A stretch of DNA of 38,017 bases from a virus (IMGVR_UViG_3300017784_005244:1-38017), one strand, 5' to 3'. Positions 28,938 to 37,872 are shown, numbered from the stretch's first letter. Notes: generated by a model from the letters alone, not told the origin. Program-made: numbers and translations.

Positions 28938-28945
28938 TATAAATA
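28938..28945 (-). promoter_or_regulatory. TATTTATA putative late promoter
   Basis: Exact motif 4 nt before the SOD ATG. Confidence 0.5.
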
Positions 28946-30709
28946 TCATCTACCATTAGAAATTAATTTTAACATTTCTTCAATAACTGTGGCATCTTCC
29001 ATCATATTATCTCCCATTACTGTTGAAATAACTTTTTTCTTTCTTTTTAATATATCATATATTGCCCCCTCAATTGTATTTTCAAAAATAGGATAATAAA
29101 CTGATGTTGAATTTTTTTGACCTATTCTATGTGATCTATCTTCTGCTTGAGCATGTTCTGCAGGAACAAATGAAAGGTCATTCATGATCACCGCCTCTGC
29201 AGATGTTAACGTTAAACCAACACCAGCAGCCTTTAGGTTTCCAACAAAAACTTTAATTTTATCGTTTTCTTGAAATTCGTCTACAGATTTTTGACGATTA
29301 GGTTTTGAACAAGACCCATCCAAATATACCGCTTGTTTTCCAAAATAATCATAAATAGTTCGTAAAGTATCTGTAAAATTTGTAAAAATAATAACTTTTT
29401 TACCTTGTTCAATTATATTTTCTGCCAATTCAATTGTTGTTTTAATCTTTTCTTGTGCAATTATTTTTCTTACTTTCATTAATTTTCCAAACTGAATTGT
29501 AAGAGATGACGATTCGTTAGGGTTTTTATCGTACCAATCATAATATTCCCCCATTAAATCCTCATATTCTTTATCTTTTAATCTTAAATAGACTGGTGTA
29601 ATAATCTTATCTGGTAAATCTAACACCTCATCTTTGAGTCGTCTAAGGATATGTGATTGTGTCCTTTCTCTTAATTCGTCTAAATTAGAGAATCCCGATA
29701 CGTTCCAAATCTTTTTTCTACCAACATTAAATTGAAACCCATTACAGTACCTTCTAGCATACGCCATCCAATTTGACGTTACAGGACTACCAACTAAGTT
29801 TAAAAGATTGTAGTAATTCATTGGTCTATTAGTCATTGGTGTTCCCGTTAGTAACCAAACTCTATCTATTTTATCACAAATATCATTTACAATTTTGGTT
29901 CTAGCTGATTGTGGGTTAGATACCATATGAGCTTCGTCCATAATAACAAGATCAAAGTTTGATTTTAAAATTTGTGAAGACTCTTTATTTTTTAGGTCGT
30001 GAAAATTTTTTAAAATATCGTAATTAACAATAACGAAATCATGGTTTTGATCAAAATTTTTACCTTCAGCAATATAAACTGAACGATCACTATAAATTTC
30101 AATTTCTCTTTGCCAATTTATTTTTAACGACGCGGGGCAAATAATTAATATTTTTTTAGATCCAGACTCAAGAGCAGCAATAATTGATGATCCTGTCTTT
30201 GCAAGTCCCATGTCGTCAGCTAAAATAAACTTTTTGTTTCCAACAAGTTTTTGAATTGCAAGTTTTTGATGTTCCATTGGTGGTCTTATTGTGTATTTGT
30301 TATAATCAATAACCACGTTTTTTACTTCATTATCTTTTATTATTGCCGATTTTGGAACCCAAAAATCATGTAAAGTCTCCCCACTAAATATTTTACCCCA
30401 AATATGATATGATTTTTCTTTTTCTACTAATAGATTTTCAACATATATTTCTTTTGGTTCTTTAGTGTACATTTTATCTTCCATCATCTTTTTACCAAAA
30501 TATGAATCAAGTTTAACCCATTTTTTTGCAACTTTTGGAGATCTTCCGTGAAAGTTTATTATGTATTCGGCTTGCGATCTTGTTGGAACAAATGACTTAC
30601 TATTTTGTTTTTTGTGTTTTAATATCAATATATAGTTATTTGATCCTTGATAGTCTTCAAGTAATTGAGCGGATCTGGCTTCAGGAGTTTTTGAAATTAG
30701 TTCTTCCAT
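28946..30709 (-). CDS. SNF2-family (SMARCAL1/HARP-like) helicase
   Basis: ADDMGLAKT, ICPASLKINW, DEAH, LTGTP, LRRLK, GVGLTLT, QAEDRSHRIGQ. Confidence 0.93.
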   Translation of the reverse strand: MEELISKTPEARSAQLLEDYQGSNNYILILKHKKQNSKSFVPTRSQAEYIINFHGRSPKVAKKWVKLDSYFGKKMMEDKMYTKEPKEIYVENLLVEKEKSYHIWGKIFSGETLHDFWVPKSAIIKDNEVKNVVIDYNKYTIRPPMEHQKLAIQKLVGNKKFILADDMGLAKTGSSIIAALESGSKKILIICPASLKINWQREIEIYSDRSVYIAEGKNFDQNHDFVIVNYDILKNFHDLKNKESSQILKSNFDLVIMDEAHMVSNPQSARTKIVNDICDKIDRVWLLTGTPMTNRPMNYYNLLNLVGSPVTSNWMAYARRYCNGFQFNVGRKKIWNVSGFSNLDELRERTQSHILRRLKDEVLDLPDKIITPVYLRLKDKEYEDLMGEYYDWYDKNPNESSSLTIQFGKLMKVRKIIAQEKIKTTIELAENIIEQGKKVIIFTNFTDTLRTIYDYFGKQAVYLDGSCSKPNRQKSVDEFQENDKIKVFVGNLKAAGVGLTLTSAEAVIMNDLSFVPAEHAQAEDRSHRIGQKNSTSVYYPIFENTIEGAIYDILKRKKKVISTVMGDNMMEDATVIEEMLKLISNGR

Positions 30710-30854
30710 TTTAGTAATAATAAAAATAAAAAAAAAATAAAAAAAATCAATATTTTTTTATTTAGAATCAAGATATCTTACGATTTTTTATTGATGTAAT
30801 ATAAATGATTTAAATAAACCATAACATAAAACATTGGTTTTTTACTTATAAAAG

Positions 30855-30862
30855 TATTTATA
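30855..30862 (+). promoter_or_regulatory. TATTTATA putative late promoter
   Basis: AAGTATTTATA 4 nt before the ATG at 30867. Confidence 0.55.
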
Positions 30863-30866
30863 CTAT

Positions 30867-31382
30867 ATGTCAGAAAATAGAGTCCCAATAAATAGGTTAA
30901 ATAAGTTCTTTTCCGAACAAGATTTTAATTTGGATATTTCTATGGGGGAAGAATGGTTACATGGTGATATGAACTTTACGATTGTTTTATATCGAATAGA
31001 TAAACAAAGAACAAATACCGACGACGTGTACGGAGAATCTTTAACTGATGGTATACAATTTTTATCTCCCGTTGAATTTAATGGGTACGTTCAAATAGAA
31101 TCCCCAACAAATGCTGATTATGGAACTTCTAAGTTATCACAAACAGAACCTGGAAATTTGAAGGTTGGAGTATACCAAAATCACTTAGATGGTTTAGGTA
31201 TTGATATAGAATATGGTGATTATTTAGGGTATTATGAAACAGAAACTAAAGTTAGATATTATAGTGTTGTTAATGATGGTAGAGTATTATCTGACAATAA
31301 ACACACATATGGTGGATATAAACCGTTTTATAGGTCAATAATCGCATCACCTGTAAATGCTAACGAATTTAAAGGAATATAA
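30867..31382 (+). CDS. Putative head-closure / neck protein (T4 gp14-like)
   Basis: DDVYGE motif, size and position upstream of tail-completion and sheath genes. Confidence 0.55.
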   Translation: MSENRVPINRLNKFFSEQDFNLDISMGEEWLHGDMNFTIVLYRIDKQRTNTDDVYGESLTDGIQFLSPVEFNGYVQIESPTNADYGTSKLSQTEPGNLKVGVYQNHLDGLGIDIEYGDYLGYYETETKVRYYSVVNDGRVLSDNKHTYGGYKPFYRSIIASPVNANEFKGI

Positions 31383-31384
31383 TA

Positions 31385-32614
31385 ATGTCATTACCAAAAA
31401 AAATAAAAAAACACTTACCTCTAATTCCTGAAGTTTTTGGTCACGAACGTAGAGAACAACTGTTAGGTGAAGTAACTAATGATGGTACTTTTTTACCAAA
31501 AGGGGTTTTACATTCCGATTTAGATAGGGGTATGTTAGATTTTGTCAAGGAAAGTTTAAAATTAGAAATAGACGGTAAAACTGTCCCAACTGTAGATAAA
31601 ATAATTACAAACCAAAATTGGTCTCAATTTACTGAAACGTGGAATTTTCAAGATTTAGATAAAAACATTTCCTTACCTTTTATAGCGACCATTAGGCAAC
31701 CAGAGGTTAAATATGGAACATTTCAAGGATTAGCGGCTAATATCCCAAATAGAAGACAATTTTTTTATTATACGGTACCAACTTGGGATGGTCAAAGAAA
31801 CGGTGCCGACGTATATAAAATACCACAACCAATACCTGTTGATTTAAAATTTAATATTAAACTTTTTTGTAATAGAATGAGGGAACTTAACGATTTTAAC
31901 TTGCTCGTTATGCAAAAATTCACGTCAAAACAAGCATATGCACAAATAAAAGGACATTATATCCCAATAATACTTGACGACGTTTCGGATGAAGGAATTA
32001 AAGAGTTGGAAAAAAGAAAATATTATATTGCCAATTACTCATTAACTATGAAAGGAATTTTAATTGATGAAGATGAGTTTCAAATTTCTCCAACAATCTC
32101 AAGATCGTTGACTATGATGGAGGTTGACCTTAAGAAAAAAAGTAAAAGAGTAACAATAGAACCACCAAGACCTAATTTTTTTGATTTAGAATTAAATTTT
32201 GTAAGTGGTGTGACTCAACTTTCTGAAGTTTTTAGATATTCTGTTGATTTAAAAATTAATAGTTTTATAAATTTGTCTTCGTGTAATAATATTTCTATAT
32301 CTGCAATTACTAGTACAACTTTAAACTATACGGGGTGTACAGGAGCTGTACAATCTCAAACGTTAGTTAGTGGTAATACTACTAATGTTTGCGTTAAAAA
32401 TGGAACAACAGTAACATTTAATCCTATAAATGGTGGAAATTATAATCAAGTTGGTATTTGTGGTAATAAATACTCGGTTTACATTAATGGTAATTTTCTT
32501 GGGGATAACATACCAATAATACAAATAAACGACGGGGACACTCTTTTGATTATAGTGTATAAATTAGACAACAGTCAAACGTCAACAATTAGTACTACGG
32601 CGTATTTGGTTTAG
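31385..32614 (+). CDS. Putative tail terminator / sheath-completion protein (T4 gp15-like) with C-terminal extension
   Basis: LPFIATIR, KIPQPIPVDLKFNIKLF, YSLTMKGIL patterns; precedes the sheath gene. Confidence 0.55.
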   Translation: MSLPKKIKKHLPLIPEVFGHERREQLLGEVTNDGTFLPKGVLHSDLDRGMLDFVKESLKLEIDGKTVPTVDKIITNQNWSQFTETWNFQDLDKNISLPFIATIRQPEVKYGTFQGLAANIPNRRQFFYYTVPTWDGQRNGADVYKIPQPIPVDLKFNIKLFCNRMRELNDFNLLVMQKFTSKQAYAQIKGHYIPIILDDVSDEGIKELEKRKYYIANYSLTMKGILIDEDEFQISPTISRSLTMMEVDLKKKSKRVTIEPPRPNFFDLELNFVSGVTQLSEVFRYSVDLKINSFINLSSCNNISISAITSTTLNYTGCTGAVQSQTLVSGNTTNVCVKNGTTVTFNPINGGNYNQVGICGNKYSVYINGNFLGDNIPIIQINDGDTLLIIVYKLDNSQTSTISTTAYLV

Positions 32615-32763
32615 TTCTCTCCATAGATATCTTTTTCCTTTTCACAGGTTTTTTTAATTAAATTTTCTAAAAATTTATATATCTTCAACCCTTTTAATTC
32701 ACAATATGTTTTTAATATTGTGTGAGATTCTTCAGATATTTTTATGTTTTTTATTTTTTTCAT
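32611..32763 (-). CDS. Small ribbon-helix-helix-like DNA-binding protein (50 aa; not in ORF track)
   Basis: MKKIKNIKISEESHTILKTYCELKGLKIYKFLENLIKKTCEKEKDIYGEN*: strand-helix-Gly-helix pattern; own TATTTATA at 32818-32825 on the minus strand. Confidence 0.7.
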   Translation of the reverse strand: MKKIKNIKISEESHTILKTYCELKGLKIYKFLENLIKKTCEKEKDIYGEN

Positions 32764-32783
32764 ATTAATTTATTATTTTATTG

Positions 32784-32869
32784 GGCAGAAAAAAGGTAGA
32801 ATTTTTTATCCCTACTATATAAATATTATTAATAGCTAAAGTTTTTTGTTAAAATTGATGGTATTTATA
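32784..32869. promoter_or_regulatory. Divergent control region: GGYAGAA direct repeats plus two outward-facing TATTTATA motifs
   Basis: GGCAGAA 32784-32790, GGTAGAA 32795-32801; TATTTATA at 32818-32825 (-) and 32862-32869 (+). Confidence 0.55.
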
Positions 32870-32903
32870 TATAAAATAAAAACATAAAATAAAAAACAAA
32901 AAA

Positions 32904-35900
32904 ATGGCATCATCTAACAAAGTTTTCGTTTCGCCTGGAGTATACACTTCAGAAAGAGATTTAACGTTTGTTGCACAAAGTGTAGGTGTAACAACATTGG
33001 GTATTGTGGGAGAAACAACACAAGGACCAGCATTCGAACCAATATTTATTACAAATTTTAATGAATTTCAAACATATTTTGGTGGTACAAGTCCTGAAAA
33101 ATATATAAACACACAAATACCTAAATACGAATTACCGTATATTTGTAAATCGTATTTGCAACAATCAAATCAATTGTTCGTAACAAGAGTTTTAGGTTTG
33201 TCAGGGTACGATGCAGGACCATCATGGTCTATTAAAACTATTGGTAGTGTTAACCCTTCAACAATAGTTGCAATAGATCCAGGTACAGGGACAACTAGCG
33301 GATACACTTCAGGATTTGTTCTTAATTTTACCGGAACAACCGGTACTAGTTTAAATGTTTCTGGATCAACACCTAACCCAACCTTAATTCCAAGTTATTA
33401 TAATACCTACACAGACTTTAATGGGTCTAATTCATCAATAAATCAAGATGTTTTAACTCTTATGTCTAACGAAATTAACGCATATCATGCGGCTAGATTA
33501 ATAGGTGGAGTTACCGCATCAGGATCAACAGTTCTTGGATGGGGGGTTCTTAGTGCTGGAACATACACTACATTAACAGGTAGTAGTGTTGGAACGGTAA
33601 CTGGAACCACAAATTTCTTAGACGTTACTAATGTAAATAATGGTACTCTTAACACTAATTTAAATGATGCTTGGTTTTATAGTCAATTTACCTATCTTCC
33701 GTATGTTGGTTCTCCGTATATCAATACATATACAGGTTTAGGTCTTGGTATGAATTTAAGTGCATTCGCACCTGTTGGAGTTGTATCTGCCGCGACATAT
33801 TCTGGATCTGTAAAGTTTTACGGAACAATGTATTCAGGATCCCCTCATTTTGATTATGACGATTTAATTGTTGCAACATTAAGGTCTAGAGGAATTACAA
33901 ATTATAACTCAACCAACAATGGTCCTTTTTACGAAGTATCAGGAACAACTGCTGTTCCAAACGTAAATATGAATTGTACTGGATCGTATTCTGGTGTTCA
34001 GTTTAATCCGTTTACTACTTTTGCTATATCTGGAAAAACTTGGGACAACAATACTTTTCAATTTGAAACATCTATGCAAACATCCGACACTAACTATATT
34101 TCTAAGGTTTTCGGTAAAAGTAATTTTGGTAAATCAAGAACTGATGTTCCTTTATTTGTTGAAGAAACATATTCCAGTCTTTTATTAACGGGATATCGGT
34201 CAAATAAGATTAGAGGGTTAAATTGTAACTTGGTTACTTTGGGGTCTGCAAAATCTTTAGATACTGATTCAATAGGGTTTTACTTAGAACAATATCAAAC
34301 ACCTGAAACACCATTTTTAGTTTCAGAATTAAGAGGAAATAAAGTATATAGACTATTTAAGTTTGTTTTAATATCCGATGGTAATGCGGCAAATCAATTA
34401 GTTAAAATGTCAATAGCAAATATATCATTTAACAATGGTACCTTTGATGTCCTTGTTAGAGATTTTTATGATAACGACCAAAATGTTAGAGTAATAGAAA
34501 GTTTTACTAACTGTTCTATGGACCCGACACAAAATAACTACATAGCAAATAAAATTGGTACGTCAAACGGTGAGTTTCAAGTGAAATCTAAATATATTAT
34601 GTTAGAAATGAACGAAGATGCCCCAACAGACGCACTACCTTGTGGGTTTGAGGGTTATGTGTTTAGAGAGTACGCAAACTCTAAACCTCCGTTTGTTATC
34701 TATAAGACAAAATATTATAAGCCTGGAGAGACATTATATAACCCTCCTTTTGGTTCTGGTAATGGTGGAGATAATCCGGTAATATCCAGTGGTGAAATTT
34801 TAAGAAAAGCGTATTTAGGTATATCAAACATAACAGGTATTGATTATGATTTTTATCAATATAAAGGAAAACAACTACCAATCTCTCTTGCTACAGATAC
34901 AACAGGTTTAGGTTGGGGTTATAAAACAAAAGGGTTCCATATGGATAGTGGAGCAACAGTAATCAACGTTAGTAGTAATTACATAACATCAGGAACATCG
35001 GCTTTTGAAGTTGGTACACAGTCCTTCATAACTGAACCTACGGATCCAACAGAAGATTATTACAGATTGTTTAGTCGTAAATTTACTTTATATGCTAATG
35101 GTGGTTTTGACGGTTGGGATATTTATCGTGAATATAGAACAAATTCAGACAGATTTGCTTTAGGTCAAACAGGATACAAATTTGGAGCGGCAGCGTCTAT
35201 AACATATCCAACAGCTACAGGTTGGGGGGCATTTAAACAGATAACTGGACCTAACCAAGAGAATTGGGGTAACACCGATTTTTACGCATACAAATGGGGA
35301 TTATCTACATTTTCAAATCCTGAAGCCACAAATATTAATGTGTTTGTAACACCAGGAATTGATTACGTTAACAATTCAAATTTAATTGAAGATGCTATTG
35401 ATATGATAGAAACGGATAGAGCGGATTCTATTTATATTTGTACAACACCAGATTTTAATTTATTCTTACCGACATATAGTGATATTACTGATGGTTTAAT
35501 ATTTCCTCAGGAATGTGTTGATAACTTAGAACAAACGGGTATAGATTCAAATTATACCGCGACTTACTATCCTTGGATTTTAACTAGAGACTCAGTAAAC
35601 AACACACAGATTTATATACCACCAACGGGAGAAGTTGTTAAGAATTTAGCCTTAACGGATAATATCGCATACCCTTGGTTCGCATCTGCGGGTTATACTA
35701 GAGGTTTAGTTAATTCAATTAGAGCTCGTAAAAAATTAACTCAAGAAGATAGAGATACCTTATATAAAGGAAGAATAAACCCTATTGCTACGTTCTCTGA
35801 TGTTGGTACGGTTATCTGGGGTAATAAAACTCTACAAATTAAACAGTCAGCTCTTGATAGAATCAACGTTAGAAGATTATTATTACAAGCTCGTAAATTA

Positions 35901-36167
35901 ATTTCGGCGGTAGCAATTAGATTGTTATTTGAACAAAATGATGGTAAGGTTAGACAAGACTTTTTAGATTCCGTAAACCCAATTTTAGATTCAATTAGAA
36001 GAGATAGAGGTTTAATTGATTTTAGAGTTACCGTTTCAAACACACCTGAAGATTTGGATTCAAACACTTTAACTGGTAAAATATTTTTAAAACCAACAAG
36101 AGCTTTAGAATACATAGATATTGAGTTTGTTATAACACCAACTGGAGCATCTTTTGATGACGTATAA
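32904..36167 (+). CDS. Contractile tail sheath protein
   Basis: N-terminal VSPGVYTSERD; C-terminal YYPW, PWFASAGYTRG, LYKGRINPI, WGNKTL, LDRINVRRLL, FEQND, KPTRALEYIDIEF. Confidence 0.96.
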   Translation: MASSNKVFVSPGVYTSERDLTFVAQSVGVTTLGIVGETTQGPAFEPIFITNFNEFQTYFGGTSPEKYINTQIPKYELPYICKSYLQQSNQLFVTRVLGLSGYDAGPSWSIKTIGSVNPSTIVAIDPGTGTTSGYTSGFVLNFTGTTGTSLNVSGSTPNPTLIPSYYNTYTDFNGSNSSINQDVLTLMSNEINAYHAARLIGGVTASGSTVLGWGVLSAGTYTTLTGSSVGTVTGTTNFLDVTNVNNGTLNTNLNDAWFYSQFTYLPYVGSPYINTYTGLGLGMNLSAFAPVGVVSAATYSGSVKFYGTMYSGSPHFDYDDLIVATLRSRGITNYNSTNNGPFYEVSGTTAVPNVNMNCTGSYSGVQFNPFTTFAISGKTWDNNTFQFETSMQTSDTNYISKVFGKSNFGKSRTDVPLFVEETYSSLLLTGYRSNKIRGLNCNLVTLGSAKSLDTDSIGFYLEQYQTPETPFLVSELRGNKVYRLFKFVLISDGNAANQLVKMSIANISFNNGTFDVLVRDFYDNDQNVRVIESFTNCSMDPTQNNYIANKIGTSNGEFQVKSKYIMLEMNEDAPTDALPCGFEGYVFREYANSKPPFVIYKTKYYKPGETLYNPPFGSGNGGDNPVISSGEILRKAYLGISNITGIDYDFYQYKGKQLPISLATDTTGLGWGYKTKGFHMDSGATVINVSSNYITSGTSAFEVGTQSFITEPTDPTEDYYRLFSRKFTLYANGGFDGWDIYREYRTNSDRFALGQTGYKFGAAASITYPTATGWGAFKQITGPNQENWGNTDFYAYKWGLSTFSNPEATNINVFVTPGIDYVNNSNLIEDAIDMIETDRADSIYICTTPDFNLFLPTYSDITDGLIFPQECVDNLEQTGIDSNYTATYYPWILTRDSVNNTQIYIPPTGEVVKNLALTDNIAYPWFASAGYTRGLVNSIRARKKLTQEDRDTLYKGRINPIATFSDVGTVIWGNKTLQIKQSALDRINVRRLLLQARKLISAVAIRLLFEQNDGKVRQDFLDSVNPILDSIRRDRGLIDFRVTVSNTPEDLDSNTLTGKIFLKPTRALEYIDIEFVITPTGASFDDV

Positions 36168-36171
36168 TAAT

Positions 36172-36193
36172 TGTGGGGGGGACGCTCCCCACA
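36172..36193 (+). terminator. GC-rich stem-loop right after the sheath stop (weak terminator or 3' stabilising hairpin)
   Basis: tgtggggggg-acg-ctccccaca; no clean U tract follows. Confidence 0.55.
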
Positions 36194-36216
36194 TAATACA
36201 TTTATAAAATAAAATA

Positions 36217-36354
36217 ATGAAGATAGAAAAAAAATATATTAAAGAATCTTTAAATATTACAAATAAAGATAAAAAAACGTTTTCAGAAAAAAAACAAAAT
36301 ATTATTTTAACTGAAAAACAGTTAGAAAAACTACTTTCTATAATCCAAAAGTAA
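36217..36354 (+). CDS. Small hypothetical protein (45 aa; not in ORF track)
   Basis: MKIEKKYIKESLNITNKDKKTFSEKKQNIILTEKQLEKLLSIIQK*; preceded by CATTTATA; TAATG stop/start overlap with the next gene. Confidence 0.7.
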   Translation: MKIEKKYIKESLNITNKDKKTFSEKKQNIILTEKQLEKLLSIIQK

Positions 36355-37229
36355 TGAAAATTAATAATCGTTTACTTAATTATTTAAAAAGTAAAAAAAT
36401 TAATGAAGGGTTTGATGATGAAGGTAACCCCGATTCAAAATATTACGCTTTTGATTGGGATGATAATATTTTATATATGCCAACAAAAATAATGGTTTTA
36501 ACCGAAAACGATGACGTAATTGGAATGTCAACCGAAGACTTTGCAAAATATCGAAGTCAATTAGGTAAAACCCCTTTTGAATATAATGGTACTACTGTTG
36601 TTGGGTATTCTTCTGATCCTTTTGTAAATTTTGGTGTAAAGGGAGATAAAAAATTTATAATAGATTCCATGATGGCACAACCTGGACCGTCTTGGAATGA
36701 TTTTGTTGAGTGTATAAATGGTGGTTCAATATTTGCAATTATAACAGCAAGAGGTCACAATCCTGAAACAATTAAAGAATCAGTTTTAAATTTTATTGCG
36801 TCTAATCACTTAGGAATTAATAATAAAACTTTGTCTGAAAATTTAAAAAAGTATCGGAGTTTTGATAACCAATCGGTTAATGAAAATATTAAAATAAATT
36901 TTAATAACAAAGATTTAATAGAAGAGTACCTTAATATGTGTGTTTTTAATCCTGTTAGTTTTGGTGAAGGTAGCGCATCGTCCCCCGAAAAAGGTAAAAT
37001 AAATGCTTTAAGGTCTTTTATTGGTTATTGTAAAGAAATGTCAAAAGAAATTGGGAATAAGTCCTTTTTTAAAAATGATGTGGAAAATAATGAAATTATA
37101 CCATTTATTGGTTTTTCAGATGATGATGAAAAAAATATAGATTCAGTAAAGAAGTTTTTAAAAAAGGAATATGATGATTCACCATTAAGAACTTATTTAA
37201 CAAAAGGAGGAGAAAAATTAGAAGTTTAA
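36354..37229 (+). CDS. HAD-superfamily phosphatase-like protein
   Basis: YAFDWDDNI (motif I), IITARGH (motif II), Lys in PEKGK, IGFSDDD (motif IV). Confidence 0.7.
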   Translation: MKINNRLLNYLKSKKINEGFDDEGNPDSKYYAFDWDDNILYMPTKIMVLTENDDVIGMSTEDFAKYRSQLGKTPFEYNGTTVVGYSSDPFVNFGVKGDKKFIIDSMMAQPGPSWNDFVECINGGSIFAIITARGHNPETIKESVLNFIASNHLGINNKTLSENLKKYRSFDNQSVNENIKINFNNKDLIEEYLNMCVFNPVSFGEGSASSPEKGKINALRSFIGYCKEMSKEIGNKSFFKNDVENNEIIPFIGFSDDDEKNIDSVKKFLKKEYDDSPLRTYLTKGGEKLEV

Positions 37230-37309
37230 ATAATATAACTAGTTATTTACTAGTAATAGAGTATTTAAAAAATAAATTAAAGTAAATAGAAAAAAAATAA
37301 ATAGTATTA

Positions 37310-37317
37310 TATTTATA
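37310..37317 (+). promoter_or_regulatory. TATTTATA putative late promoter of tail tube gene
   Basis: Exact motif 38 nt before the ATG, followed by an A-rich leader. Confidence 0.5.
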
Positions 37318-37355
37318 TGATATAAATAAATAAATTAAAATTAAAAATTATAACC

Positions 37356-37844
37356 ATGGCTGATTTATTAATGAAAATGCCCTTTAATTATGAACCTAAA
37401 AGAAAAAATAGGTTTATTATAACTTTTCCATCATCTTTGGGAATTAACTCTTGGTATGTTGAAAGTACGTCAAGACCAAAAATAGAAATTAAAGAAGTTC
37501 CTATTCCTTTTTTGAATACTGAAACATATGTTGCAGGATCATTTAAATGGGGAACTATTGATGTTACTTTTCGTGACCCAATCGGACCATCAGCATCACA
37601 AGCTTTAATGGAGTGGGTTCGTTTACATGCTGAATCCGTTACAGGTAGAATGGGTTATGCTGCGGGATATAAGAAAGATGTGGATTTAGAAATGTTAGAT
37701 CCAACAGGAGTTGCTGTTGAAAAATGGATACTACAAGGATGTTTTTTAACAAATGTCGATTTTGATGGTTTAAGTTATTCTGAAGACGGTCTTATTACAG
37801 TTAAGGCGACTTTAAGACCAGATAGATGTATATTAGTTTATTAA
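37356..37844 (+). CDS. Tail tube protein (T4 gp19-like)
   Basis: YEPKRKNRF, RPKI, YVAG..KW..IDVTFRDPI, LMEW, YKKD..LEMLDPTG..VEKWILQG; 162 aa, downstream of sheath. Confidence 0.9.
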   Translation: MADLLMKMPFNYEPKRKNRFIITFPSSLGINSWYVESTSRPKIEIKEVPIPFLNTETYVAGSFKWGTIDVTFRDPIGPSASQALMEWVRLHAESVTGRMGYAAGYKKDVDLEMLDPTGVAVEKWILQGCFLTNVDFDGLSYSEDGLITVKATLRPDRCILVY

Positions 37845-37872
37845 TATTTTACATACCCCTTACAACCTAATA

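Noticed and set aside
30710-30866. A/T-tract-rich gap as replication origin or ncRNA
   Set aside because: No iterons or stable structure seen; adequately explained by two divergent promoters.
1436-36115. Short opposite-strand or off-frame ORFs in the track (e.g. 1436-1744, 2747-2950, 13980-14756, 22440-22670, 27180-27443, 28401-28721, 33994-34188, 35741-36115)
   Set aside because: They lie inside well-supported genes, have no recognisable motifs and look like shadow ORFs.
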